NCBI GenBank assembly: GCA_030153785.1
Contig: JASKLF010000008.1
Span: 23,753-87,752, forward strand
DNA: 64,000 bases
DNA from: a bacterium
Lineage (GTDB): Bacteria; Synergistota; GBS-1
Direction of reading: 5' to 3'
The first letter of the stretch is position 1, and each line of letters starts with the position of its first letter. Shown one piece after another: positions 54,389 through 61,758 of this stretch. The position numbers and the translations under genes were made by a program. The notes beneath the pieces are model-generated. The model was not told where the DNA came from, searched no databases, and saw only the letters and a program-made list of their open reading frames with translations.

Positions 54389-55641
54389 TAGATTTTGTTA
54401 AGATATACGTAGAAGGAGGAAGAGGCGGAAACGGAGCGATAAGTTTTAGAAAGGAGAAATATGTTCCCCGTGGAGGCCCTGATGGTGGAGATGGTGGAAA
54501 AGGGGGGGATGTTATTCTTGTGGTAGATCCCTCCCTTTCTACTTTATTGGATTTCCGTTATAAACGGTTTTTCAAGGCTGAAGATGGGCAACATGGAGGG
54601 GGTAAAAACAAAAAAGGCAAAGATGGGGAAGATGTTATTATAAGAGTTCCCCCGGGGACTATTGTTAAAGATGCGGAGACAGGGAAGGTAATGGCTGATC
54701 TCGTAGAACCCGGTGAAAGATTTGTGGTTGCTAGGGGTGGGCGAGGAGGATATGGTAATGCTCATTTTAAATCTCCTACCAATCAGGTTCCCCGAATAGC
54801 TGAAAAGGGAGAAAAGGGAGAGGGAAGATGGATAATATTGGAGTTGAAGATCATAGCTGATGTTGGAATAGTGGGCATGCCTAACGTAGGAAAATCTACG
54901 CTAATTTCTGCGCTTTCTGATGCTAAACCCAAAATAGCTGACTACCCGTTTACTACTTTATCTCCAGTTCTTGGAGTTATGGAAGCAGGAGAGGGAGAAA
55001 GAATAATTTTAGCTGACATACCTGGAATCATAGAAGGAGCTCACAAGGGAAAAGGATTGGGAATAAAGTTCTTAAAGCATGTAGAAAGGACCAAGCTTCT
55101 TCTCCATCTTGTTGATATGTCTTATTCATTTGACAAGATAGTACAGAATTTCAATGTGGTACTTGAAGAGATGAGGTCTTTTTCGGCAAGACTTGTTTCT
55201 AAACCTCAAATAGTAGTTGGGAATAAACTTGATTTGGTTCAAGACAGTGATAAAATAAAAAAGCTGAAAGGCTTTTTTGAAGAGAGAGGCTATGATTTTG
55301 TGGCTATTTCTGCTCTTCATAAGAAAAACGTTGGTGACCTCATAGATTTATTGATTAAAAAGGTAAAGAGCTTACCTGTTGAAGTTGAGAGAGAGAAAGT
55401 GGATTACGTGCCTCAATCTCGGCCTCTCAGGATTTATAAGAGCGGGAATATTTTTGTTGTTGAGGGTGATGAGATAGAAAGACTGGTTTCTATTACAGTT
55501 TTCGAAAGTGAGGAAGCTTTAGTAAGGTTTCATAAGGAATTGAGAAAACTGGGGATTGAGGACAAGCTTAAGGAGTTGGGAATTAAGGAAGGAGATACAG
55601 TTAAAATAGGAGATATGGAGTTCGAATACAGAGAGGGATAA
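54385..55641 (+). CDS. obgE: GTPase Obg/CgtA
   Basis: Gly-rich Obg domain, [22 protein letters not shown] and a C-terminal OCT domain. Confidence 0.97.
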   Translation: MIDFVKIYVEGGRGGNGAISFRKEKYVPRGGPDGGDGGKGGDVILVVDPSLSTLLDFRYKRFFKAEDGQHGGGKNKKGKDGEDVIIRVPPGTIVKDAETGKVMADLVEPGERFVVARGGRGGYGNAHFKSPTNQVPRIAEKGEKGEGRWIILELKIIADVGIVGMPNVGKSTLISALSDAKPKIADYPFTTLSPVLGVMEAGEGERIILADIPGIIEGAHKGKGLGIKFLKHVERTKLLLHLVDMSYSFDKIVQNFNVVLEEMRSFSARLVSKPQIVVGNKLDLVQDSDKIKKLKGFFEERGYDFVAISALHKKNVGDLIDLLIKKVKSLPVEVEREKVDYVPQSRPLRIYKSGNIFVVEGDEIERLVSITVFESEEALVRFHKELRKLGIEDKLKELGIKEGDTVKIGDMEFEYREG

Positions 55642-55648
55642 GTTCAGC

Positions 55649-56248
55649 ATGAATAGGATTGGGTTGATGGGTGGCACCTTTGATCCTATACATTATGGTC
55701 ACTTGTTAGTTGCTGAAGAGGTTCGCCAGATTTTCTCCTTGGATAAAGTTATATTTGTTCCCGCGAAAATCCCCCCCCATAAGATAAATAAGAAGATCAG
55801 CGATCCTGAAGATAGGTACATTATGGTTCTATTGGCCACATTAGATAATCCTTTCTTTGAGGTTTCTCGTTTGGAGATAGATAAGGAAGGAGTCTCTTAT
55901 ACCATAGATACGGTTAGACAGTTTAAAGAAAAACTGGGGAAAGATTCACAGCTTTTCTTTATTACTGGAGTAGATATAATATTGGACCTTCAAGCTTGGA
56001 AGGAACCAGAGGAACTTTTACGTTTGTGTAGATTTATAGCTGTTACAAGGGCGGGGTATGATCTTGAGGTATTGAGAAGAAAACTTCCTAAAGAGTTTTT
56101 GGAAAGAATAGATATTGTGAGGATTCCTTCACCTCCAATTTCTTCGACCGATATAAGGAAAAGAGTCAGAAGAGGAGAGAGTATAAAGTATCTAGTTCCC
56201 CCGTTGGTTGAGGAGTTTATTAAAAAGAAAGGGTTGTATTTGGTATAA
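55649..56248 (+). CDS. nadD: Nicotinate-nucleotide adenylyltransferase
   Basis: GGTFDPIHYGH, PPHK, SYTIDT and ISSTDIR. Confidence 0.96.
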   Translation: MNRIGLMGGTFDPIHYGHLLVAEEVRQIFSLDKVIFVPAKIPPHKINKKISDPEDRYIMVLLATLDNPFFEVSRLEIDKEGVSYTIDTVRQFKEKLGKDSQLFFITGVDIILDLQAWKEPEELLRLCRFIAVTRAGYDLEVLRRKLPKEFLERIDIVRIPSPPISSTDIRKRVRRGESIKYLVPPLVEEFIKKKGLYLV

Positions 56249-57444
56249 TGGTTTTAGGAAGTAAAATGATGGTCGTGAGATTTTTGGGAGAATCTAAGGT
56301 AATGTTTATAATCTTGGCTATAATGGGTATTGTTATTGGAGGGGGTATCAGATTTTATAGTCTACTTAACCCCGATGTAGATGTAGTTAGAGCATCACTG
56401 GTTAATGAGAAGGATGAATTTCTAAATGTTCTTTTTGTAGGTATAGATAGTGTTGAGGGTTCTCACAGAGCGGATGTTATAATGCTGATAACTTTTGATT
56501 TAAAAGGGAAAAGAGTCCGAGTTTTGTCTATTCCAAGAGATACGAGAGTTAGGATTCCAAACCGAGGCTGGACGAAGATAAACCATGCTTATGCTTATGG
56601 GGGGATAGATCTTTTGAAAGAAACCCTGAGAGAGTTTATAGGACTGGATGTGGACCATTATATCACATTGGATTATAAAGGATTCGTCCGCTTGGTGGAC
56701 CTCATTGGTGGTGTAGAGTTGTATGTAGAGAAGAATATGAGATACAAGGATAAATGGGCTGGCTTTTATATAAACCTTAATAAGGGGTATCAGAAGCTTG
56801 ATGGAGAAAAAGCGCTACAATATGTAAGGTTTAGAAATGATCCTGAAGGAGATATAGGTAGGATAAGGAGACAGAAAAAATTTTTAGAAGCGGTGTTTAA
56901 CAAGCTTTCTAAAGAAGAGGTGGTGAAAAAGCTACCTTCTTTGGCATTGGAGGCTATAAAGTTCGTTAAAACGGATTTTACTCCTGAGCAAATTTTTTAT
57001 TTACTATCTTTGTTTAAGAATATCAGTTTAAACCAGATTAAGTGGTTTATGGTGCCAGGCAAACCTGATCTAATAGATGGAGTTTCCTATTGGTTACCTG
57101 ATTTGGATAGACTTAACTTAGTTCTGAAAAGCTCTTTTAAGGAAGATCGCTTTGTTTTTGAAGATGAAAGGACTATAACAGTAGAAGTGTTAAACGGAAA
57201 TGGGGTATATGGAGGGGCAGCTAGTGTAGCTAGGATTTTAGAGGGATATGGTTACAGAATTGTTAGAATAGGGAACGCCGATAGATTTGATTATTCTATT
57301 ACAAGGGTTATAGATAATACAGGAGAAAAGGTTGCGATTGCAAGAAAAATTACCGAAATATTGGGTTATGGGGTTTTTTCTAGCGAAAGAAAAGAATCAC
57401 AAGCTGATATTACAATAATATTAGGAAAGGATATGAGAAGATGA
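56248..57444 (+). CDS. LCP family protein with a LytR C-terminal domain
   Basis: TM anchor, RAD.IM, SIPRDTRV, KINHAY, ALQYVRFR...GDIGRI.RQ and C-terminal VEVLNGNG...DITIILGKD. Confidence 0.92.
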   Translation: MVLGSKMMVVRFLGESKVMFIILAIMGIVIGGGIRFYSLLNPDVDVVRASLVNEKDEFLNVLFVGIDSVEGSHRADVIMLITFDLKGKRVRVLSIPRDTRVRIPNRGWTKINHAYAYGGIDLLKETLREFIGLDVDHYITLDYKGFVRLVDLIGGVELYVEKNMRYKDKWAGFYINLNKGYQKLDGEKALQYVRFRNDPEGDIGRIRRQKKFLEAVFNKLSKEEVVKKLPSLALEAIKFVKTDFTPEQIFYLLSLFKNISLNQIKWFMVPGKPDLIDGVSYWLPDLDRLNLVLKSSFKEDRFVFEDERTITVEVLNGNGVYGGAASVARILEGYGYRIVRIGNADRFDYSITRVIDNTGEKVAIARKITEILGYGVFSSERKESQADITIILGKDMRR

Positions 57445-57794
57445 AATTCCCTACAAAAGATTTACTAAAAAAGATTGTAAATCTGTTAGAGCAGCACAAG
57501 GCAGAGGATATTGTAGTTCTTGATCTATCAGAGTTAAGTTATGTAACTGATTTCTTTGTTATATGCACCGGTCGGTCAGAAACTCACCTTGAAGCTCTTG
57601 CTGAGGAATTAGAGTTCGGACTTAAAAGAGAAGGTATAATGGTGTGGGGAGTGGAGGGGAGGAAGGGAGGAAGATGGATTCTCCTTGATTACGGGGACAT
57701 TGTCGTCCATATATTTACTCCAGAAGGCAGACTCTTTTTTGACCTTGAACGAATCTGGAACCAAGCGAGAAAGGTGGAACCGCATAGTTTATAG
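57441..57794 (+). CDS. rsfS: Ribosome silencing factor RsfS
   Basis: KAEDIVVLD, DFFVICTG, W.LLDYGDIVVHIF and F.DLE.IW. Confidence 0.96.
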   Translation: MKFPTKDLLKKIVNLLEQHKAEDIVVLDLSELSYVTDFFVICTGRSETHLEALAEELEFGLKREGIMVWGVEGRKGGRWILLDYGDIVVHIFTPEGRLFFDLERIWNQARKVEPHSL

Positions 57795-57795
57795 T

Positions 57796-58452
57796 ATGGA
57801 TTTCTCAAGTGAACATATTTATAAAATTAAGCTCTTGCACAGAGAGCTTTTACAGGAGATAAAAGGAAAATTAGAATCTTTTAAAGAGATATGGACGAAG
57901 AGAGATGACGAGCGTATGTGGGAAGAGTTGGTTTTTTGCCTTCTTACCCCCCAGTCTAAAGCAGAGATGTGTTGGAGGGTTGTGGAAAATCTGAGGTCAA
58001 AGGGGTTGCTTTTTAAAGGAAGTGTGGAGGAAATTTGTAGGGAGTTGAGCGGGATTAGGTTTAGGAATAGGAAGGCGGAATACATTGTAGATGCACGTAA
58101 TTTTTTCTTTAATTTTGGGAAACCAGCGGTGAGTAGGCTTTTAGAATCTGTGGGGTCTCCCTTTGAAATGCGAGAATGGCTTGTGAGCAACGTAAAGGGA
58201 ATGGGATATAAGGAAGCAAGTCATTTTCTAAGGAACATAGGTTTGGGGGAAGATATGGCAATATTGGACAGGCACATTCTAAAATGTATGATGGATATAG
58301 GTCTTCTTGATAAACTTCCTTTGACTATGTCGAAAAGGGGCTACCTTAGAATTGAAGACATTCTAAGAAAGTTTTCGGAAGATATAGGAATAGCTTTGTC
58401 TCACTTGGATTTTGTTTTCTGGTATTTGAGAACAGGGAGAATTTTTAAATGA
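57796..58452 (+). CDS. ogg: 8-oxoguanine DNA glycosylase/AP lyase (OGG2, archaeal/Thermotoga type)
   Basis: EELVFCLLT, RF...KA.YI, REWLV.NVKG.G.KEASHFLRN.G, AILDRHIL, LD...W and a terminal K. ATG at 57796 immediately follows the rsfS stop. Confidence 0.9.
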   Translation: MDFSSEHIYKIKLLHRELLQEIKGKLESFKEIWTKRDDERMWEELVFCLLTPQSKAEMCWRVVENLRSKGLLFKGSVEEICRELSGIRFRNRKAEYIVDARNFFFNFGKPAVSRLLESVGSPFEMREWLVSNVKGMGYKEASHFLRNIGLGEDMAILDRHILKCMMDIGLLDKLPLTMSKRGYLRIEDILRKFSEDIGIALSHLDFVFWYLRTGRIFK

Positions 58453-58468
58453 TTCTTTAGGAAAGGGA

Positions 58469-58894
58469 GTGAAATGTTTGAAAACCCCAAAAGAAATCTT
58501 AAAAAGTAAGGGCATAAATCCTTCCTATCAGAGAATAAAGATATTAGAGTATCTTCAGGGGAATAAAAGCCATCCTACAGTAGAGATGATATATAAGGAC
58601 TTAGCTCCCAAAATTCCCACATTATCTAAGACGACTATTTATAATACTTTAAAGCTTTTTGCTGAGAAAGGCCTTGTAAGCCTATTAGTCATAGATCAAG
58701 CAGAGATTCGTGTTGACCCTAATGTTTCTTATCATGCCCATTTTCTTTGTACAAACTGCAACAGGATATCTGACATAGATCTGGATGCTGACTTTTTTAA
58801 CTCTGTGAGAGAAAGAGTAGCAAGCAGCGGTTATAGTGTAAGTGAGATTCAAATAACTCTCAAAGGGGTTTGTAAGGAGTGTTCAAAAGGGTAA
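58469..58894 (+). CDS. Fur-family transcriptional regulator (PerR-like)
   Basis: S.QRI.IL, HPT.E.IY, S..T.YNTL..F, H.HF.C..C..I.D and G.C..C. Confidence 0.9.
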   Translation: MKCLKTPKEILKSKGINPSYQRIKILEYLQGNKSHPTVEMIYKDLAPKIPTLSKTTIYNTLKLFAEKGLVSLLVIDQAEIRVDPNVSYHAHFLCTNCNRISDIDLDADFFNSVRERVASSGYSVSEIQITLKGVCKECSKG

Positions 58895-58922
58895 AGATCT
58901 TCTAAATTCTTCCTTTTTCATC

Positions 58923-58951
58923 TTGACATAAATCGTATTAAGTGATAGACT
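58923..58951 (+). promoter_or_regulatory. sigma70-type promoter of the Trp-leader / symporter operon
   Basis: TTGACA (58923-28), a 17-nt spacer and TAGACT (58946-51) with an extended -10 TG at 58943-44. Confidence 0.8.
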
Positions 58952-58994
58952 ATTTAAAAATTGGTGGAAGCGGAGTTGAGGGGGAGAAAAGAAA

Positions 58995-59069
58995 GTGGAG
59001 AAGAGAAAGGATGGTTTTCTAAAAGTTAAAATTTATGGATTGAATAATTGGTGGTGGCAGGTGCAGTAA
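58995..59069 (+). CDS. Tryptophan attenuator leader peptide (24 aa, MEKRKDGFLKVKIYGLNNWWWQVQ)
   Basis: GTG start after a GAGGGGGAG SD, three consecutive TGG codons at 59049-57 and stop TAA at 59067-69, which lies in the loop of the first attenuator hairpin. Not in the ORF track. Confidence 0.85.
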   Translation: MEKRKDGFLKVKIYGLNNWWWQVQ

Positions 59070-59151
59070 GGCACCTGCCATCCCATGGCTTAAAAAAAAT
59101 AGTTAGGCCATGGAGGCAGGTCGATGTAGACTGTCCTCCATGGCTTTTTTT
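59053..59151 (+). promoter_or_regulatory. Ribosome-mediated transcriptional attenuator (1:2, 2:3 and 3:4 stems)
   Basis: 1:2 is GGTGGCAGGTGC (59053-64) with GCACCTGCCATC (59071-82). 2:3 is ACCTGCC (59073-79) with GGCAGGT (59115-21) plus CCATGGCT (59083-90) with GGCCATGG (59106-13). 3:4 is GCCATGGAGG (59107-16) with CCTCCATGGC (59135-44), followed by T7. Confidence 0.88.
59106..59151 (+). terminator. Conditional intrinsic terminator of the attenuator
   Basis: A 10-bp perfect GC-rich stem, extendable by CAG/CTG, followed directly by TTTTTTT (59145-51). Confidence 0.88.
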
Positions 59152-59200
59152 ATGGGAGCCTGGGGGGCTCCCTAAATTTTTTGAAAGGAGGTTGTTTTAA

Positions 59201-59293
59201 ATGAGCGTAGGAGTTATGGTAGGTTATGTTTTATCTTTTGTTTTCCTTCTTGGAGGGATAGTATACGCGTTGATGGGAGGTAGGAGAATATGA
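59201..59293 (+). CDS. 30-aa single-TM microprotein, probable symporter accessory subunit (MSVGVMVGYVLSFVFLLGGIVYALMGGRRI)
   Basis: Strong SD AAAGGAGGT, ATG at 59201 and one hydrophobic helix with a basic C-terminus. Its stop overlaps the symporter start (ATGA at 59290-93). Not in the ORF track. Confidence 0.8.
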   Translation: MSVGVMVGYVLSFVFLLGGIVYALMGGRRI

Positions 59294-60741
59294 GTTATAT
59301 CATTGCTATAGTAGTTTACATTTTGGCTATGCTGGTCATAGGCTTTGTTAGTTATAGGAAAGAGGGTGAAAGGGGATATTTTCTTGCAGGAGGTAGACTT
59401 GGACCATGGCTTGTTTCCGTTTCTTTCTTTGCTACATACCTTAGTACTAGCGCCTTGTTGGGAGGTGGAGGCAGCGGCTATATTTTTGGCTTCGGCTGGA
59501 GCGCTTACCTTACTATGTTTCACGTCTTATTTGCTGTTTTATCTTGGATAGTAGTAGCGCCTAAACTTAAGGAGTTTGTCGAGGAGAAAGGAATACTAAC
59601 CATACCAGAATTTTTCCGTGTAAGGTACGACAGTAAGGCTCTCCAAGTTATTTCTTCTCTTGTTGTAATTGTTTTCTTTTCGTTTTATATGATTTCTATA
59701 TACAAAGGAGCTTCAAACTTACTTCAGGTCATGATGGGCATACCGTATAAGTATGGAGTGTTTTTGGTTGCCATTCCAGTGATACTTTATACTTCTATAG
59801 GAGGGTTTAGGGCAGTAGTTTTAACGGACTTCGTTCAGGGTATGATTCTTCTTTTCGGCGCGCTCTCTCTATTTGGGGCTTTGGTATACAAAATGGGTGG
59901 GTTATCAGCTGGATTAGAAGCTTTGTCTAAGATTACCCTTCCTGGTGGGGTTTCGGGAAAGGCTTTGATGACACTGGGAGGTTATGGTCCTCCACCGATA
60001 GTCAAATCAGGGATGATGGTGCCTTTCTTGTTGAGCTTAACTTTTGCTATAAGTATAGCTCAGCTTTCCAGTCCTCAACTCATAATAAGGTTTTATGCAG
60101 CAAGGGATAAAGAAGTGATAAGAAAAGGAATGCTTTTAACCCCAATACTTATAGGGTTATTTGCGGTTACCGTTTTCTCTATCGGTCCATTCGCACATCT
60201 TTTTGTCCAAGGTGTTAAGGATCCAGATCTTGTAATTCCTATGTTGGCTCAGAAGATTTTTCCGGAAGCTTTTGCTTCTTTAATTTTAGTGGCGGCTTTG
60301 GCAGCTGCTATGTCGACTATTAACTCGAATTTAATGGTTTTAGCTAGTTCCTTGGTGAAAGATATTTTAGGTTCTAAGAGTGTGAAATTTGCTAGAATAT
60401 CTGTGATTTTCTTAGGGTTAATATCGCCTATTCTAGCTTTAAACCCTCCTGGTATAATAGTTACAATTATAGGGTCCGCATTTTCTGTCATAACGTCTAC
60501 ATTTCTTGTTCCTTTATTAGCAGGACTTTATTCTAAGAATCCGTCTAGATTGGGAGCCGTGTTTTCCATGGTAGGTGCAGTTGCAACATGCATGATATGG
60601 GAGGCCTTTTTCTATAGGAAGTTCTTTATTTACAGTGTGGTTCCTGGATTGATAGTTTCCTTTGTTTGTTATTACGTTGGGGCACTAATAGCTTCACCTG
60701 TAGAGAAGGAAAAAGAGGCCGGCTCACCTACTTCAACTTGA
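59290..60741 (+). CDS. Sodium:solute symporter (SSS; PutP/PanF-like), predicted tryptophan transporter
   Basis: YFLAGGRLG, SFFATYLS, TIPEFF..RY, YT.IGG.RAVVLTD.VQG, PQ...RFY and LAAAMST.NS, with about 13 TM segments. The substrate is inferred only from the Trp attenuator. Confidence 0.88.
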   Translation: MSYIIAIVVYILAMLVIGFVSYRKEGERGYFLAGGRLGPWLVSVSFFATYLSTSALLGGGGSGYIFGFGWSAYLTMFHVLFAVLSWIVVAPKLKEFVEEKGILTIPEFFRVRYDSKALQVISSLVVIVFFSFYMISIYKGASNLLQVMMGIPYKYGVFLVAIPVILYTSIGGFRAVVLTDFVQGMILLFGALSLFGALVYKMGGLSAGLEALSKITLPGGVSGKALMTLGGYGPPPIVKSGMMVPFLLSLTFAISIAQLSSPQLIIRFYAARDKEVIRKGMLLTPILIGLFAVTVFSIGPFAHLFVQGVKDPDLVIPMLAQKIFPEAFASLILVAALAAAMSTINSNLMVLASSLVKDILGSKSVKFARISVIFLGLISPILALNPPGIIVTIIGSAFSVITSTFLVPLLAGLYSKNPSRLGAVFSMVGAVATCMIWEAFFYRKFFIYSVVPGLIVSFVCYYVGALIASPVEKEKEAGSPTST

Positions 60742-60768
60742 AGTAGGTGAGCCAAAAAATTTTTTTTG
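60721..60768 (+). terminator. Long perfect inverted repeat over the symporter stop, probable intrinsic terminator
   Basis: GGCTCACCTACTTCAA (60721-36), C, TTGAAGTAGGTGAGCC (60738-53), then A6 and a T run. Confidence 0.65.
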
Positions 60769-60808
60769 TTTTTAGATAAAAATTTTTGCCTCTAAGGTGC
60801 ATGTTTCA

Positions 60809-60837
60809 TTGACAGATTCGAATCTCCTTGGTAAAAT
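60809..60837 (+). promoter_or_regulatory. sigma70-type promoter of the str operon
   Basis: TTGACA (60809-14), a 17-nt spacer and TAAAAT (60832-37) with an extended -10 TG. Confidence 0.8.
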
Positions 60838-60880
60838 TGGAAAGGTTTTCTGAAGATATTGAGAAAAGGGAGGGAGAGGT

Positions 60881-61255
60881 GTGCCAACAATAAATCAGCT
60901 TGTTAGAAAGGGGCGTAAACCAAAGAAGAGTAAGTCTAAATCACCTGCTCTTCAAGGTTGTCCTCAAAAAAGAGGGGTTTGTACAAGGGTTTATACCGTT
61001 ACACCTAAGAAACCAAATTCTGCTTTGAGGAAGGTGGCGAGAGTTAGGCTAACAAATGGTATTGAAGTTACGGCTTATATTCCAGGAATAGGACATAATT
61101 TGCAGGAGCATGCTGTGGTTTTGATTAGAGGAGGACGTGTTAAGGATTTGCCAGGTGTTAGATATCATATAATAAGAGGCGCTTTAGATGCAGCAGGGGT
61201 TGAAGGAAGAAGACAGAGTCGTTCAAAGTATGGGACAAAGAGACCCAAAAAATAG
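60881..61255 (+). CDS. rpsL: 30S ribosomal protein S12
   Basis: [23 protein letters not shown] and [10 protein letters not shown]. Confidence 0.99.
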   Translation: MPTINQLVRKGRKPKKSKSKSPALQGCPQKRGVCTRVYTVTPKKPNSALRKVARVRLTNGIEVTAYIPGIGHNLQEHAVVLIRGGRVKDLPGVRYHIIRGALDAAGVEGRRQSRSKYGTKRPKK

Positions 61256-61274
61256 GAAAGGAGTGCAGTGAGGT

Positions 61275-61745
61275 ATGCCGCGAAAAGGTAAGGTTGAAAG
61301 GCGGTATCTCCCCCCCGATCCGGTGTATGGAAGCTCGTTGGTGACCAAATTTATAAATTACATTATGTTGGATGGTAAAAAAATAGTTGCAGAATGGGTT
61401 TTTTATGAAGCCATGAAGATCATAGAAGAGAAAATGAAGCAAAATCCTCTTGAAGTTTTAGAGAAAGCTGTGGAAAATGTAAAACCCATTCTCGAAGTCA
61501 GGCCTCGCAGGGTTGGGGGAGCGACTTATCAGGTGCCAGTGGAGGTTCCGCCTCACAGACAGTTGTCTTTGGCTGTGAGGTGGATAGTGCATGCTGCTAG
61601 AAGTAAAAAAGGTAAACCTATGGCTGAGAAGTTGGCTCAGGAAATAATGGATGCTTATAAAGGAGAAGGTGCTGCTATTAAGAAAAAAGAAGATGTCCAT
61701 AGGATGGCAGAAGCTAATCGTGCCTTTGCGCACTATAGGTGGTGA
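61275..61745 (+). CDS. rpsG: 30S ribosomal protein S7
   Basis: [16 protein letters not shown] and [15 protein letters not shown]. Confidence 0.99.
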   Translation: MPRKGKVERRYLPPDPVYGSSLVTKFINYIMLDGKKIVAEWVFYEAMKIIEEKMKQNPLEVLEKAVENVKPILEVRPRRVGGATYQVPVEVPPHRQLSLAVRWIVHAARSKKGKPMAEKLAQEIMDAYKGEGAAIKKKEDVHRMAEANRAFAHYRW

Positions 61746-61758
61746 TTAAGGTAGTAAG

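Noticed and set aside
58959..58979. A second in-frame TGG-TGG (AATTGGTGG repeated) upstream of the Trp leader
   Set aside because: It lies at the predicted transcription start with no start codon or SD and ends at TGA 58977-79; probably chance.
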